The notes under the pieces: generated by a model
Database searches by the model: none
The model's input: only the letters and a program-made list of their open reading frames with translations
What the model was told of the DNA's origin: nothing
Part shown: positions 17,293 to 25,001 of the stretch, piece by piece
Layout: the number at the start of each line of letters is the position of its first letter
Position numbering within the stretch: position 1 is the first letter of the stretch
Position numbers and translations under genes: made by a program
Sequence record: MW584155.1
DNA length: 54,740 nt
Reading direction: 5' to 3' (one strand)
Source of the DNA: Mycobacterium phage prophiGD11-3

Positions 17293-18062
17293 TGGCGTGG
17301 TTCTACGTCGATGACGGGTTCAGCGATTCCAAGCCAATCATGAACCTGCCCACGACCCCTGTCCGTGTCCCCATGCGGATCGCGGTCGCCGGTGCGTGGG
17401 TTCTCGGCGGGTCGTGGTCAGCAAAGGAAGAACTCGACGGGTTCATCCCGCACTCGAAGCTGAAATCGCTTCTGGTGCCGCGGTCTGTGGTGGCGACCAT
17501 GGTGGCGCCCGGCCCCCTCGACGCCCCGCTGTGCTGCCCAGAAAGTGACGGAATTTTGGTCAGAAATTGGGCAAAATGGCAGCGAACTAAGGCAGAAAAC
17601 GAGGCCAACCGCAAACGCGAAGCCGAGAAGAAACGGAACCAAAGACGGCGCGGCCGAAACTTTGTGACCGGCATAGATGACCAAATGTCCCCAGGGGACA
17701 ACGACGGGGACACGGCAGAACCCGGCGAAAACGTGTCCCCTGGGGAGTCCCGTGGTCCCACCCCACCCCACCCCTTAGTAGTTACTTCTAGTGGGGATAG
17801 ACCGGTAGGAAGCCGCCCGGCCGAACACTGCCCCCGACACCCCGGCGGAACCGAACAGCCCTGCGGCGCCTGCGCTAACGCGCGGCGCAACGCAAACACC
17901 TGGGACGCCCAACAGCTCCAAGCCGCCGTCGACCACGCGGCAGCCACGTTCGCCGCGATCCGCCAATGCCCCGACTGCGACCCCAACGGCCTGCGCTACT
18001 CCGACCCCGAAGACCCCGAGTCGCCGCTGACCCGCTGCACCCACCCCAACCTCGAACGCTAG
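17292..18062 (+). CDS. hypothetical protein with C-terminal Cys cluster (start uncertain); contains a 13-bp inverted repeat
   Basis: ORF; CPRHPGG..CGAC...CPDCDPNG; low-complexity acidic middle. Confidence 0.5.
   Translation: MAWFYVDDGFSDSKPIMNLPTTPVRVPMRIAVAGAWVLGGSWSAKEELDGFIPHSKLKSLLVPRSVVATMVAPGPLDAPLCCPESDGILVRNWAKWQRTKAENEANRKREAEKKRNQRRRGRNFVTGIDDQMSPGDNDGDTAEPGENVSPGESRGPTPPHPLVVTSSGDRPVGSRPAEHCPRHPGGTEQPCGACANARRNANTWDAQQLQAAVDHAAATFAAIRQCPDCDPNGLRYSDPEDPESPLTRCTHPNLER
17688..17746. repeat. perfect 13-bp inverted repeat tccccaggggaca / tgtcccctgggga with 33-bp spacer, inside a CDS
   Basis: read directly. Confidence 0.7.
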
Positions 18063-18070
18063 GAGACGAA

Positions 18071-18340
18071 ATGAGCCCCATCCCACCGGAAATCCTGGCC
18101 GCCGCCGACCAGGACCGCGCCGCCTCCAACGAGGCCCTCGACGCATTCGTCGAATGGTTCCAACAGCACACCGCCAGCAGACACCACGGCGACAGCACAT
18201 GCGCCTTCCACCAGGTCGTTGGTGTGGCACGCAAGCGCGACCAGTACCAGCTCGCACACATGCTTGCCGCCGCAATAGCACGCCTGGCCGCCACCGACAC
18301 CACACAACCAGTCATCGACGAGGACGGGGTCCGTTCATGA
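18071..18340 (+). CDS. hypothetical protein
   Basis: RBS aggagacgaa; ATG frame-checked. Confidence 0.55.
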   Translation: MSPIPPEILAAADQDRAASNEALDAFVEWFQQHTASRHHGDSTCAFHQVVGVARKRDQYQLAHMLAAAIARLAATDTTQPVIDEDGVRS

Positions 18341-18750
18341 GCGTTCAGACAGCCCAGGCCGACCATAACCGTTGGCGCGCACACCAAATGGCCAATCGCG
18401 GCACACCCGCCACGACCATCGCCAAACACCTCGGCATCGACCCCGACAGCGTGCGCCGCTACCTGCGCCAACCCTGCCCCGAGCAGCCCCACAGCCAAGA
18501 CCAAAGCTGGCAGACCCGCGGTCTATGCGCCCAACGCGACTGCAGCGTGGACCCCGACGCCTTCTTCCCCGGGTACGGTGCCAACATCGACCCGCGGGTC
18601 AAAGCCCTCTGCGCCCGCTGCCCAGTCCGCTACCAGTGCCGAGAATCCGCGATCGTGCACTACGAGGAATTCGGTGTATGGGGCGGCACCAACGCCTCCG
18701 AACGCCGCCTGCTACGCCGACAACGACGCGCCCAACAAGGCGTCGCATGA
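18337..18750 (+). CDS. WhiB-like (Wbl) Fe-S transcription factor with N-terminal HTH-like extension
   Basis: four Cys in GLCAQRDC...ALCARCPVRYQCRESAI plus GVWGGT turn, as in WhiB proteins. Confidence 0.75.
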   Translation: MSVQTAQADHNRWRAHQMANRGTPATTIAKHLGIDPDSVRRYLRQPCPEQPHSQDQSWQTRGLCAQRDCSVDPDAFFPGYGANIDPRVKALCARCPVRYQCRESAIVHYEEFGVWGGTNASERRLLRRQRRAQQGVA

Positions 18751-19652
18751 CCACCACCGCTACGGTCACGCACGAATGCCTCGGCGGACGCGACTGCCGG
18801 GCATTCGAACTCGTCGAAGACCGGGGCCGCCAACGCCGCCGCCCGGCCGCCACCGACAAACCAAACACCCTGTGCCGCCGCTGCGCATCCGACGTCCGGC
18901 GCGCCGTCGAAGACCTCCCCGGCGACTACCAACGCCTCGACGCCGCAATGGAAGACGGACCCAGCCACGACGCACCCGGCGGCCCGAAAGTACGCGCCAG
19001 CACCGAACCACCCATCCCTTACAACGTGCGATACGACGCCCTGATGGCCGATATCGCCGCCGAACTCACCGCCGCCGCTGCACGTATCACGGTGCCACCC
19101 AAAGGGACACAGCTGTACGTTGTGACCACCTGCAGCAAGGCCGTCGCCGCGAACGTGCCCAAGCTACTGGCCTCACCGCCGCTGATGGACGAAGTATGGG
19201 TCAACGGCACCGAACGCCGCGCCATCCACCGCAGCGGCGTCGACATCGCTCTCGCGCTGGTGAACCTGCACCGGCAGATCGGCGCCGAACTCGGCGGCGG
19301 CACAGACGCCACGAAAATCCGGCTCCCGTACGGCTGTGCCGCATGCGGATCCCCATCGCTGTACCAGCACGGCTACCAGGTGACCTGCCCTGACTGCAAA
19401 AAGGACTGGACCGACGACGCCTACGCCGAACTGAACCGTGAACTGGTGCGACGAAAGGAAGAAGCCGACATGCGCGAACTGGAACACGCGAACGCCAAAC
19501 TCGCTGCACTGCAACGCCTTAACGACGGATTCAACGAAATCGAAGACCAGAGCACGCTGTTCACGCCCGCCCAGATCGCCCAACTACTGGGCGACATCCT
19601 CGCCATGCCCGCCACCACCGCCGACGCCACGAAAGAAACGAAGACCCGATGA
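18747..19652 (+). CDS. hypothetical protein with N-terminal Cys-rich region and C-terminal coiled coil
   Basis: ORF; ATGA coupling. Confidence 0.55.
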   Translation: MTTTATVTHECLGGRDCRAFELVEDRGRQRRRPAATDKPNTLCRRCASDVRRAVEDLPGDYQRLDAAMEDGPSHDAPGGPKVRASTEPPIPYNVRYDALMADIAAELTAAAARITVPPKGTQLYVVTTCSKAVAANVPKLLASPPLMDEVWVNGTERRAIHRSGVDIALALVNLHRQIGAELGGGTDATKIRLPYGCAACGSPSLYQHGYQVTCPDCKKDWTDDAYAELNRELVRRKEEADMRELEHANAKLAALQRLNDGFNEIEDQSTLFTPAQIAQLLGDILAMPATTADATKETKTR

Positions 19653-19948
19653 GCGAAAACCTTTATCAGGACACGATGCTGGCCGCTGCCGCCCTGCACC
19701 ATGCCAACGACCAGCGCACACCCGAACAACGGCAAGCCGAGATGGTGGTTCGCGGACTGCTCTACCCCTGTGAAGTGACCGACCCGGCCGTCGACACCGG
19801 CCGCCACCACCGCAAGGTCGGCGAAGAGGTCTACATCGAGCGCTACGGCTCACCCGGCCGCCACCGGAAACCAGACGAGCACAGGGCGCCCTGCTGGCGC
19901 GGCCCCTGCTGGCTTCCCGGGGGCCACGAAGGGCCGTGCCGACCGTGA
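19649..19948 (+). CDS. hypothetical protein
   Basis: ATGA coupling. Confidence 0.5.
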   Translation: MSENLYQDTMLAAAALHHANDQRTPEQRQAEMVVRGLLYPCEVTDPAVDTGRHHRKVGEEVYIERYGSPGRHRKPDEHRAPCWRGPCWLPGGHEGPCRP

Positions 19949-20091
19949 CCGTCAGGGAGAGCGCCCGCCTGCTTGTGCTTCCGCCGTGCTGCGACCCGCG
20001 CGGCCACAACTTTAAAGCCGACCAAATCCGCACCGAAACAGCCGTATGCGAACGCTGCGGACTCATCCGAAAGCGCGTGATATACCGATGA
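19945..20091 (+). CDS. 48-aa Cys-rich small protein
   Basis: GTGA/ATGA overlaps; CC...C..C. Confidence 0.3.
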   Translation: MTVRESARLLVLPPCCDPRGHNFKADQIRTETAVCERCGLIRKRVIYR

Positions 20092-20510
20092 CAGCCCGGA
20101 AGAACCCGCTGCGCGGCCTGGGCGCACTCGACGAAGCGCGCCGTGTCGCCCACCGGCTCAAAAACGAATTCGCCGCCACCGACCCCGCCGCCGCACAAGC
20201 CAGCATCAACCGGCTCGTCGGCGAAGGCATCGAATGGCTCATCGGAAACCGCACACCCCTCGACCCCGACGGCTGGTACACCGCCCTCGAACTCGCCAAT
20301 GAACACCACGTACCACCCCAATCGATCCGAGACTGGGTGCGCCGCAACGACCTACGTGCCATACACCGCGGCGACGGAAAAGACGTGTACCAAGCCAGCG
20401 AAATCGACCTGTACCTGCGCTACCGGCGCCTCCGCGCACTGCACCTCACCCACGGCCAAACCTTCGACAAATGGCGCCAAACCCAAACCGACCAGGAGGC
20501 ACAGCAATGA
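20088..20510 (+). CDS. HTH DNA-binding protein (MerR/excisionase-like fold)
   Basis: YTALELANEHHVPPQSIRDWVRRNDLRAI. Confidence 0.55.
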   Translation: MTARKNPLRGLGALDEARRVAHRLKNEFAATDPAAAQASINRLVGEGIEWLIGNRTPLDPDGWYTALELANEHHVPPQSIRDWVRRNDLRAIHRGDGKDVYQASEIDLYLRYRRLRALHLTHGQTFDKWRQTQTDQEAQQ

Positions 20511-20644
20511 TGACCTGCGAACGGTGCTTCATACCGATCTACGTCGGCGAGAAGTACATCGAGATCCGCACAGTGGGCACAACCGATGCCGTTCCGCCCC
20601 GGGCCGTGCACCTCACCTGCTTGTACAGCCGGGTCGATCAGTGA
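20507..20644 (+). CDS. 45-aa small protein
   Basis: ATGA and GTGA overlaps in frame. Confidence 0.3.
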   Translation: MMTCERCFIPIYVGEKYIEIRTVGTTDAVPPRAVHLTCLYSRVDQ

Positions 20645-21363
20645 CCCGTAACCGTGAGCAGGACGTGATCGACGCCATCGACGCGCTCGTCGACGAACAA
20701 ATGGCCGGGGGAGAGCACGCCCACCGCCAGCGCGCCCAAGCCGCCGGAACCGCCGACCGGTGCGCACTCTGCGGCGGCGCATGGCACGGCGAACCGTGGA
20801 CCGGCGTCGACCGCGAACACCTCGGGCGATATGACCAGCATGATCACGGCCGCGTCTACGGGTGCCCCGGCGCCAACGCCACCGGCCCACAACGCATCCG
20901 ATGGAGGCATGAAGACCGAGGCGCGCGGTGGTTAGCCCAGCACAGCTTCCGCACAGGCGGCAACCCCTTCGTCGACCAGACTGCATCCGTCGCCTGGACC
21001 ATCAACATGGTCAACGCGATGCGCCCACCCGTACCGCCATGGCAACAACGACTCTACGAAGGGATAGTTGATTGCTGGCGCGTTCGGCAGCTGAATGTCC
21101 TGCGAGTGCCGCCTCACAGCCCGTATGTCGGCCCCGAACTACACGAGGGTGCCCGGATCGCGGTGCAGCTGGCCGACGGCAGCCTCGTCACCGGCACCAT
21201 CGGCAGATACGACGAGAATCAAGAAACCGGCGAAGTCGAAATGACCATCGTCCAACACCCCGCCGAATATGGGCTCGGATCTAGCGCCCTCGACGTACTG
21301 GTGTTCGACGAACCACGTGAGCTACTCCCTGGCCGTGCAGATCCTGCCGGACCTAGCATCTGA
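20641..21363 (+). CDS. hypothetical protein (GTG start; the longer 406-aa ORF upstream is low-complexity)
   Basis: frame-checked; coupled. Confidence 0.5.
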   Translation: MTRNREQDVIDAIDALVDEQMAGGEHAHRQRAQAAGTADRCALCGGAWHGEPWTGVDREHLGRYDQHDHGRVYGCPGANATGPQRIRWRHEDRGARWLAQHSFRTGGNPFVDQTASVAWTINMVNAMRPPVPPWQQRLYEGIVDCWRVRQLNVLRVPPHSPYVGPELHEGARIAVQLADGSLVTGTIGRYDENQETGEVEMTIVQHPAEYGLGSSALDVLVFDEPRELLPGRADPAGPSI

Positions 21364-21366
21364 TCC

Positions 21367-21537
21367 ATGCAAAGCCGCATGACCACCGACAAGCTGCTCG
21401 CCCAGGCAACCGAAGCTGCCCGGCGATGGCCCAACGCCACCCTGGAACGTAACGATGTCGGCAACCTCGTCGTCCTGGACGACGGCGAATTGGTGGCTTG
21501 GCTGGACCTCAACTTCGGTGACATCCAGGAGTTCTAA
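21367..21537 (+). CDS. 56-aa small protein
   Basis: ORF only. Confidence 0.3.
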   Translation: MQSRMTTDKLLAQATEAARRWPNATLERNDVGNLVVLDDGELVAWLDLNFGDIQEF

Positions 21538-21545
21538 CCGCGCGC

Positions 21546-21917
21546 TCATCGCCGCGGACCTGGATCCGACCGCGCCGTAGCCTCCGCGTGAGCGGCTATC
21601 AACGCCGCCGCGAAACCCGGCACATCCTGCACCAACAGGCCCGCCGGAATGTTCACAAACGCAACCCGATCGCCACGCGCCCCGATACGAACCTCACCAT
21701 CGACCCACGGCTGCCCAGTCACCGGCACCCGCACCCACCGCCGCCCAGGCTCCTCGCACTCCACCGGCGGCAACCCAACCAGCGCAACACCCCGGGCCGC
21801 CAAACCATCCGGCAACACCGCGGCCACCCGCTGCGCGATCTCATCCTGGCTGTACACGATCTCGTCGACACCCACCCCGATCGTGCGCTTGCGGGTGGTG
21901 CCGAAGAACCCCGGCAT
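21546..21917 (-). CDS. reverse-strand hypothetical protein (ORF open to TTG at 22070); candidate lysogen-expressed moron
   Basis: protein-like translation (GVGVDEIVYSQDEIAQRVAAVLPDG...) whereas the overlapping + frame is an R/H/P-rich string. Confidence 0.45.
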   Translation of the reverse strand: MPGFFGTTRKRTIGVGVDEIVYSQDEIAQRVAAVLPDGLAARGVALVGLPPVECEEPGRRWVRVPVTGQPWVDGEVRIGARGDRVAFVNIPAGLLVQDVPGFAAALIAAHAEATARSDPGPRR

Positions 21918-22253
21918 CCCCGCGATGACCTCACGGATAGCACGGTAGGCGTCCACCAGCGCACCGTATCGACCGCCACCGACACACCCCGGGTACCGCG
22001 CGTTGCCCGCGACAATCTGAACGCCACCTGCGATGCTGGGCCCGTGACGGAAGACTTTCGCACCAGCCAAGCAGCGCCTGGACCAGCGGACACCGAGTAC
22101 ACGACAGCTGGACTCGCGTGGGTGGCATTCGCACAGGCCGCTGTGGATCTAGCGAAGCAGAGCGCCGCGCTCATCCAGGACAACACGCGCGGTTCCAAAA
22201 CGCAGGATTGCACCTGGATAGTTGACGCCGCGCAGAAGCTGCTCAAAAGGGCA

Positions 22254-23036
22254 ATGGTGTACGACTACGAGCACAAGCGACCCATACGGCGCGGTTACAC
22301 CATCCCGCTCGACAACATAGCCGATGACCCCGAGGTTCAGGACGCGATCGACGAATGGTACGACGCAGTCGAACGGCCTTGGAGTGACAGCGGATATGGG
22401 GTCGCTTCACGGCTACCCAAAGGTCTCACCGATCCGCTCGCAGCCGCCCGAGAACTCGACAAATGGTGCGCCGAGCACATCAAGCCCAGCATGTATCCCA
22501 CGGTGACCGGGCAACTCACTGCACATAACCCGACAACTGCTGCCGCAAGTGCCGCCCGCCATAGAGCATTCCTGGCAGCTCAAGGCGAAAACATCAGCCC
22601 CCAGGAGCACAACGCTCAACTGGGACGTGAGCGACGCTTGCAGGACGCCCAGCAGGCACGGCTGCCCGATTTCGCGCAAATCGAACATCTGCCGCCAGAA
22701 GACGACCCCCGTCACCTGATCCATACCTTCTGGCCCCAAATCGTCGAAAACACATCGCGCCGACACCCCACCCTGGCGGAATTCATTGCAGGCGCGCGAT
22801 GCGTCAGGGCGGCTGGGCTGGCCGCTGTCATCGGGCATCCAGAACTGACCAAGGCGAGGGTGCTCAACGCCATCACAGCCACGTTCGCCGATGCCGTGTT
22901 CGAAACCATTGGCTGGATTAACGTGCAGATTTACGTTGTCGACCCCGACACCGAAGAGTTGATCGTCACCCAGGACAGGGAACGTCAGGAGGCCGAAGGG
23001 GCGAAGAAACACGACCCAGACGACCTCGGTTTCTGA
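22254..23036 (+). CDS. hypothetical protein (first ATG with RBS aaaagggca; a GTG start near 22122 is possible)
   Basis: the N-terminal 220 aa of the 482-aa ORF are non-protein-like and overlap the reverse gene. Confidence 0.5.
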   Translation: MVYDYEHKRPIRRGYTIPLDNIADDPEVQDAIDEWYDAVERPWSDSGYGVASRLPKGLTDPLAAARELDKWCAEHIKPSMYPTVTGQLTAHNPTTAAASAARHRAFLAAQGENISPQEHNAQLGRERRLQDAQQARLPDFAQIEHLPPEDDPRHLIHTFWPQIVENTSRRHPTLAEFIAGARCVRAAGLAAVIGHPELTKARVLNAITATFADAVFETIGWINVQIYVVDPDTEELIVTQDRERQEAEGAKKHDPDDLGF

Positions 23037-23119
23037 TTCCCCCTGAAGCGCACACCTGTTGCTGACTGGTGCGCGCATGCGTTACCTTCGGGGTGGCAGA
23101 GCTGTGCCCAAACCCCGAA

Positions 23120-23150
23120 CCCCCTCCACGCGAGGGGGTCTCGTCGTTTC
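23120..23150 (+). terminator. stem-loop ccccctc-cacgc-gaggggg followed by tctcgtcgtttcc
   Basis: 7-bp GC stem and T-rich tail in the 264-bp gap after the 23036 stop; preceded by a second hairpin gcgcacacc...ggtgcgcgc at 23048-23076. Confidence 0.45.
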
Positions 23151-23300
23151 CGGGCCGTGACGCCTACATGGGTTACCGCGGCGCGTCAACCCGGCCGTTA
23201 TCCCGGTAAGCATGCCCACAATCGCGAAGAGCACTCGCGAGGCATCCGCTGCGCGCCGCGGACCAACCCCTCCCAACCACACAGCACCCGGGGAGACACC

Positions 23301-23735
23301 ATGCCCAACCAAGACGCAGTGCAGCTGCTGTACGACAACCTCGGCCAACTCAACAGCCCCGAAGGCCCAATCACGCTGCTGCCATTCGCCTACGACTGCG
23401 AAGAGACCCGGCACGTCAAACGCCAGGTCTGCGAAGCACTCGTGGCGCTCCTTGAGGAGGGCGGCTACATAGCGCCCCCGGCGGCCACCGAACCGGCAGC
23501 ACCATCTAGGCGCCAGCAGATCCAACTGCGGTGCCGCACATGCGCCGAACTGCTCATGTCCACGACCGTCGACGAATCCGGCGTAGGCATGATTCACGCC
23601 CCAACGCTGATCGAAGGCATGGCCCGCAAGACACCAGCGTGCCCGCACACCGACATCACCCCCGCCGACAACGTCCGGCGCATCGAAGAAGCCATCCTCG
23701 CCACACAGCAATCCGAAGGCGGCCAGCCATCATGA
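23301..23735 (+). CDS. hypothetical protein
   Basis: RBS gggagacacc; ATG frame-checked. Confidence 0.55.
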   Translation: MPNQDAVQLLYDNLGQLNSPEGPITLLPFAYDCEETRHVKRQVCEALVALLEEGGYIAPPAATEPAAPSRRQQIQLRCRTCAELLMSTTVDESGVGMIHAPTLIEGMARKTPACPHTDITPADNVRRIEEAILATQQSEGGQPS

Positions 23736-23968
23736 CCATGCCAAAGCTCGGGCTCGAAAGCATCCTCGGCCGCATGCGCCAATCAACCCCCACCACCCCG
23801 GCCACCAAAGCACAGCTGGAGTTCCTGGTCGAGCAGTACATCGTGCCCATGCTGCGTAACCCGCGCGCACGCCTGGCCGTCAAGGTCACCAAAGACACGG
23901 CCGGATGGGACATCCGCATCGACCTGCCCGCCGAGTTCCCCGCCGACGACGTCACCATCGGCAGCTGA
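23732..23968 (+). CDS. hypothetical protein
   Basis: ATGA coupling. Confidence 0.5.
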   Translation: MTMPKLGLESILGRMRQSTPTTPATKAQLEFLVEQYIVPMLRNPRARLAVKVTKDTAGWDIRIDLPAEFPADDVTIGS

Positions 23969-23973
23969 ACCAT

Positions 23974-24018
23974 GGGGCGTGACAATCCGGTGAAACGGTT
24001 TCACGCTCATGTCACCCC
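23974..24018. promoter_or_regulatory. nested palindrome GGGGCGTGACA-atccg-GTGAAACgGTTTCAC-gctca-TGTCACCCC
   Basis: inner perfect 7-bp inverted repeat with 1-nt spacer; outer arms carry the GTGACA/TGTCAC motif also seen in the switch region. Confidence 0.5.
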
Positions 24019-24037
24019 GGCCAGGTAGACGCCGCTG

Positions 24038-24409
24038 ATGGCCACCGGACGCAAGACCACCACCGCCAAAGGACTGGGCTGGACACACCAACAAGCCGCC
24101 GACGAACTACGCCGCAACCACCACGACGGCAGCCCCTGCAACTGGTGCGGACGACCCATGTACCTGGACCGCACACTCAACTGGGACTACAACCCGCAGG
24201 CCACCAACCCCACCAGCGGCAGCCTGCACGCCGACCACTCCGAGATGAGCAGAGCCGAAGCCATCAAGCTCGGCCTGCCCATCCCACGCCCCAACCGGCT
24301 ACTGCACGGCGTCTGCAACATCCAACGCGGCGAAGGCGGCAACGACCACCTCGCCGCCAACAACCGTACAGACACCAACCAGCAACTACTCATCGCATGG
24401 CCATGGTGA
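24038..24409 (+). CDS. HNH endonuclease (terminase-associated)
   Basis: SLHADHSEM...RLLHGVCNIQRG HNH motif; immediately upstream of the terminase genes. Confidence 0.75.
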   Translation: MATGRKTTTAKGLGWTHQQAADELRRNHHDGSPCNWCGRPMYLDRTLNWDYNPQATNPTSGSLHADHSEMSRAEAIKLGLPIPRPNRLLHGVCNIQRGEGGNDHLAANNRTDTNQQLLIAWPW

Positions 24410-24659
24410 ACCAAAACCCTTGCACCACAACAACATTAGAACAACCAAAGTCATTGCGGTGCAATGCAATTCACCACGCGCACACCCCGAAAAATCTTGA
24501 GGCGCCCCCACCCCCTCCGAGACCTGACGAACGTCAGGAGTTTTTTTCACCTGGGGCGAAAGTTTGTGGGCGTGGGTTTGCTGGGGCGGGTGAAAGTGGT
24601 TGTGCTGCAACATCATTGGTGCGTGCAGAGTCATTGTGGCACAAGGGTTTTCGTTTCTG
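24410..24659. promoter_or_regulatory. non-coding late-operon leader / probable cos-pac region with three CATTGNGGTGC-type repeats (24449-24466, 24611-24625, 24629-24646)
   Basis: agtcattgcggtgcaatg (contains palindrome cattgc-ggt-gcaatg), catcattggtgcgtgca, agtcattgtggcacaagg; relatively AT-rich stretch 24421-24450. Confidence 0.5.
24521..24548 (+). terminator. intrinsic terminator: cctgacg-aa-cgtcagg then agttttttt
   Basis: GC stem followed by a T7 run, in the 250-bp non-coding gap. Confidence 0.7.
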
Positions 24660-25001
24660 ATGGCTACGCGGAAGCGGGCGTTGCCGGTCAAGACTGCAGG
24701 TCAGCAGCTGGTGGAGGAGCTGTCGGCAGATGGTGATCCGTTCTCGTTGCGGTTTCTGATTGAGCAGGCGGGGCAGGCGGCGGACTTTCTGGAGCGGTTG
24801 TCGGCGCTGTTGAACGGGGATCGCGAGGCGTGGTTGTCGGTGAAGATCGGCGCTAAGACGGTGGAGGTCGTCGTGAATAACGTGCTGGTGCAGCATCGTC
24901 AGCAGGCCGACCAGTTGCGCAAGCTGCTGGGGGAGATCCACCGACAGCGGGGAGCGACCGCGCCTGGTGACCCGGATGACGACCCCACCCAAGGGCTCTA
25001 G
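24660..25001 (+). CDS. putative terminase small subunit
   Basis: 113 aa, basic N-terminus MATRKRALPVK, immediately upstream of TerL; position only. Confidence 0.5.
   Translation: MATRKRALPVKTAGQQLVEELSADGDPFSLRFLIEQAGQAADFLERLSALLNGDREAWLSVKIGAKTVEVVVNNVLVQHRQQADQLRKLLGEIHRQRGATAPGDPDDDPTQGL

Noticed and set aside
21588-22253. First 220 codons of the 482-aa + ORF 21588-23036
   Set aside because: R/H/P-rich, no Met until 22254, and it overlaps a protein-like reverse ORF. Treated as non-coding on the + strand.
23082-23711. 209-aa minus-strand ORF overlapping the 23301-23735 + gene
   Set aside because: Trp/Cys/Arg-rich nonsense-like translation. The + frame has an RBS, a sensible start and coupling to the next gene.
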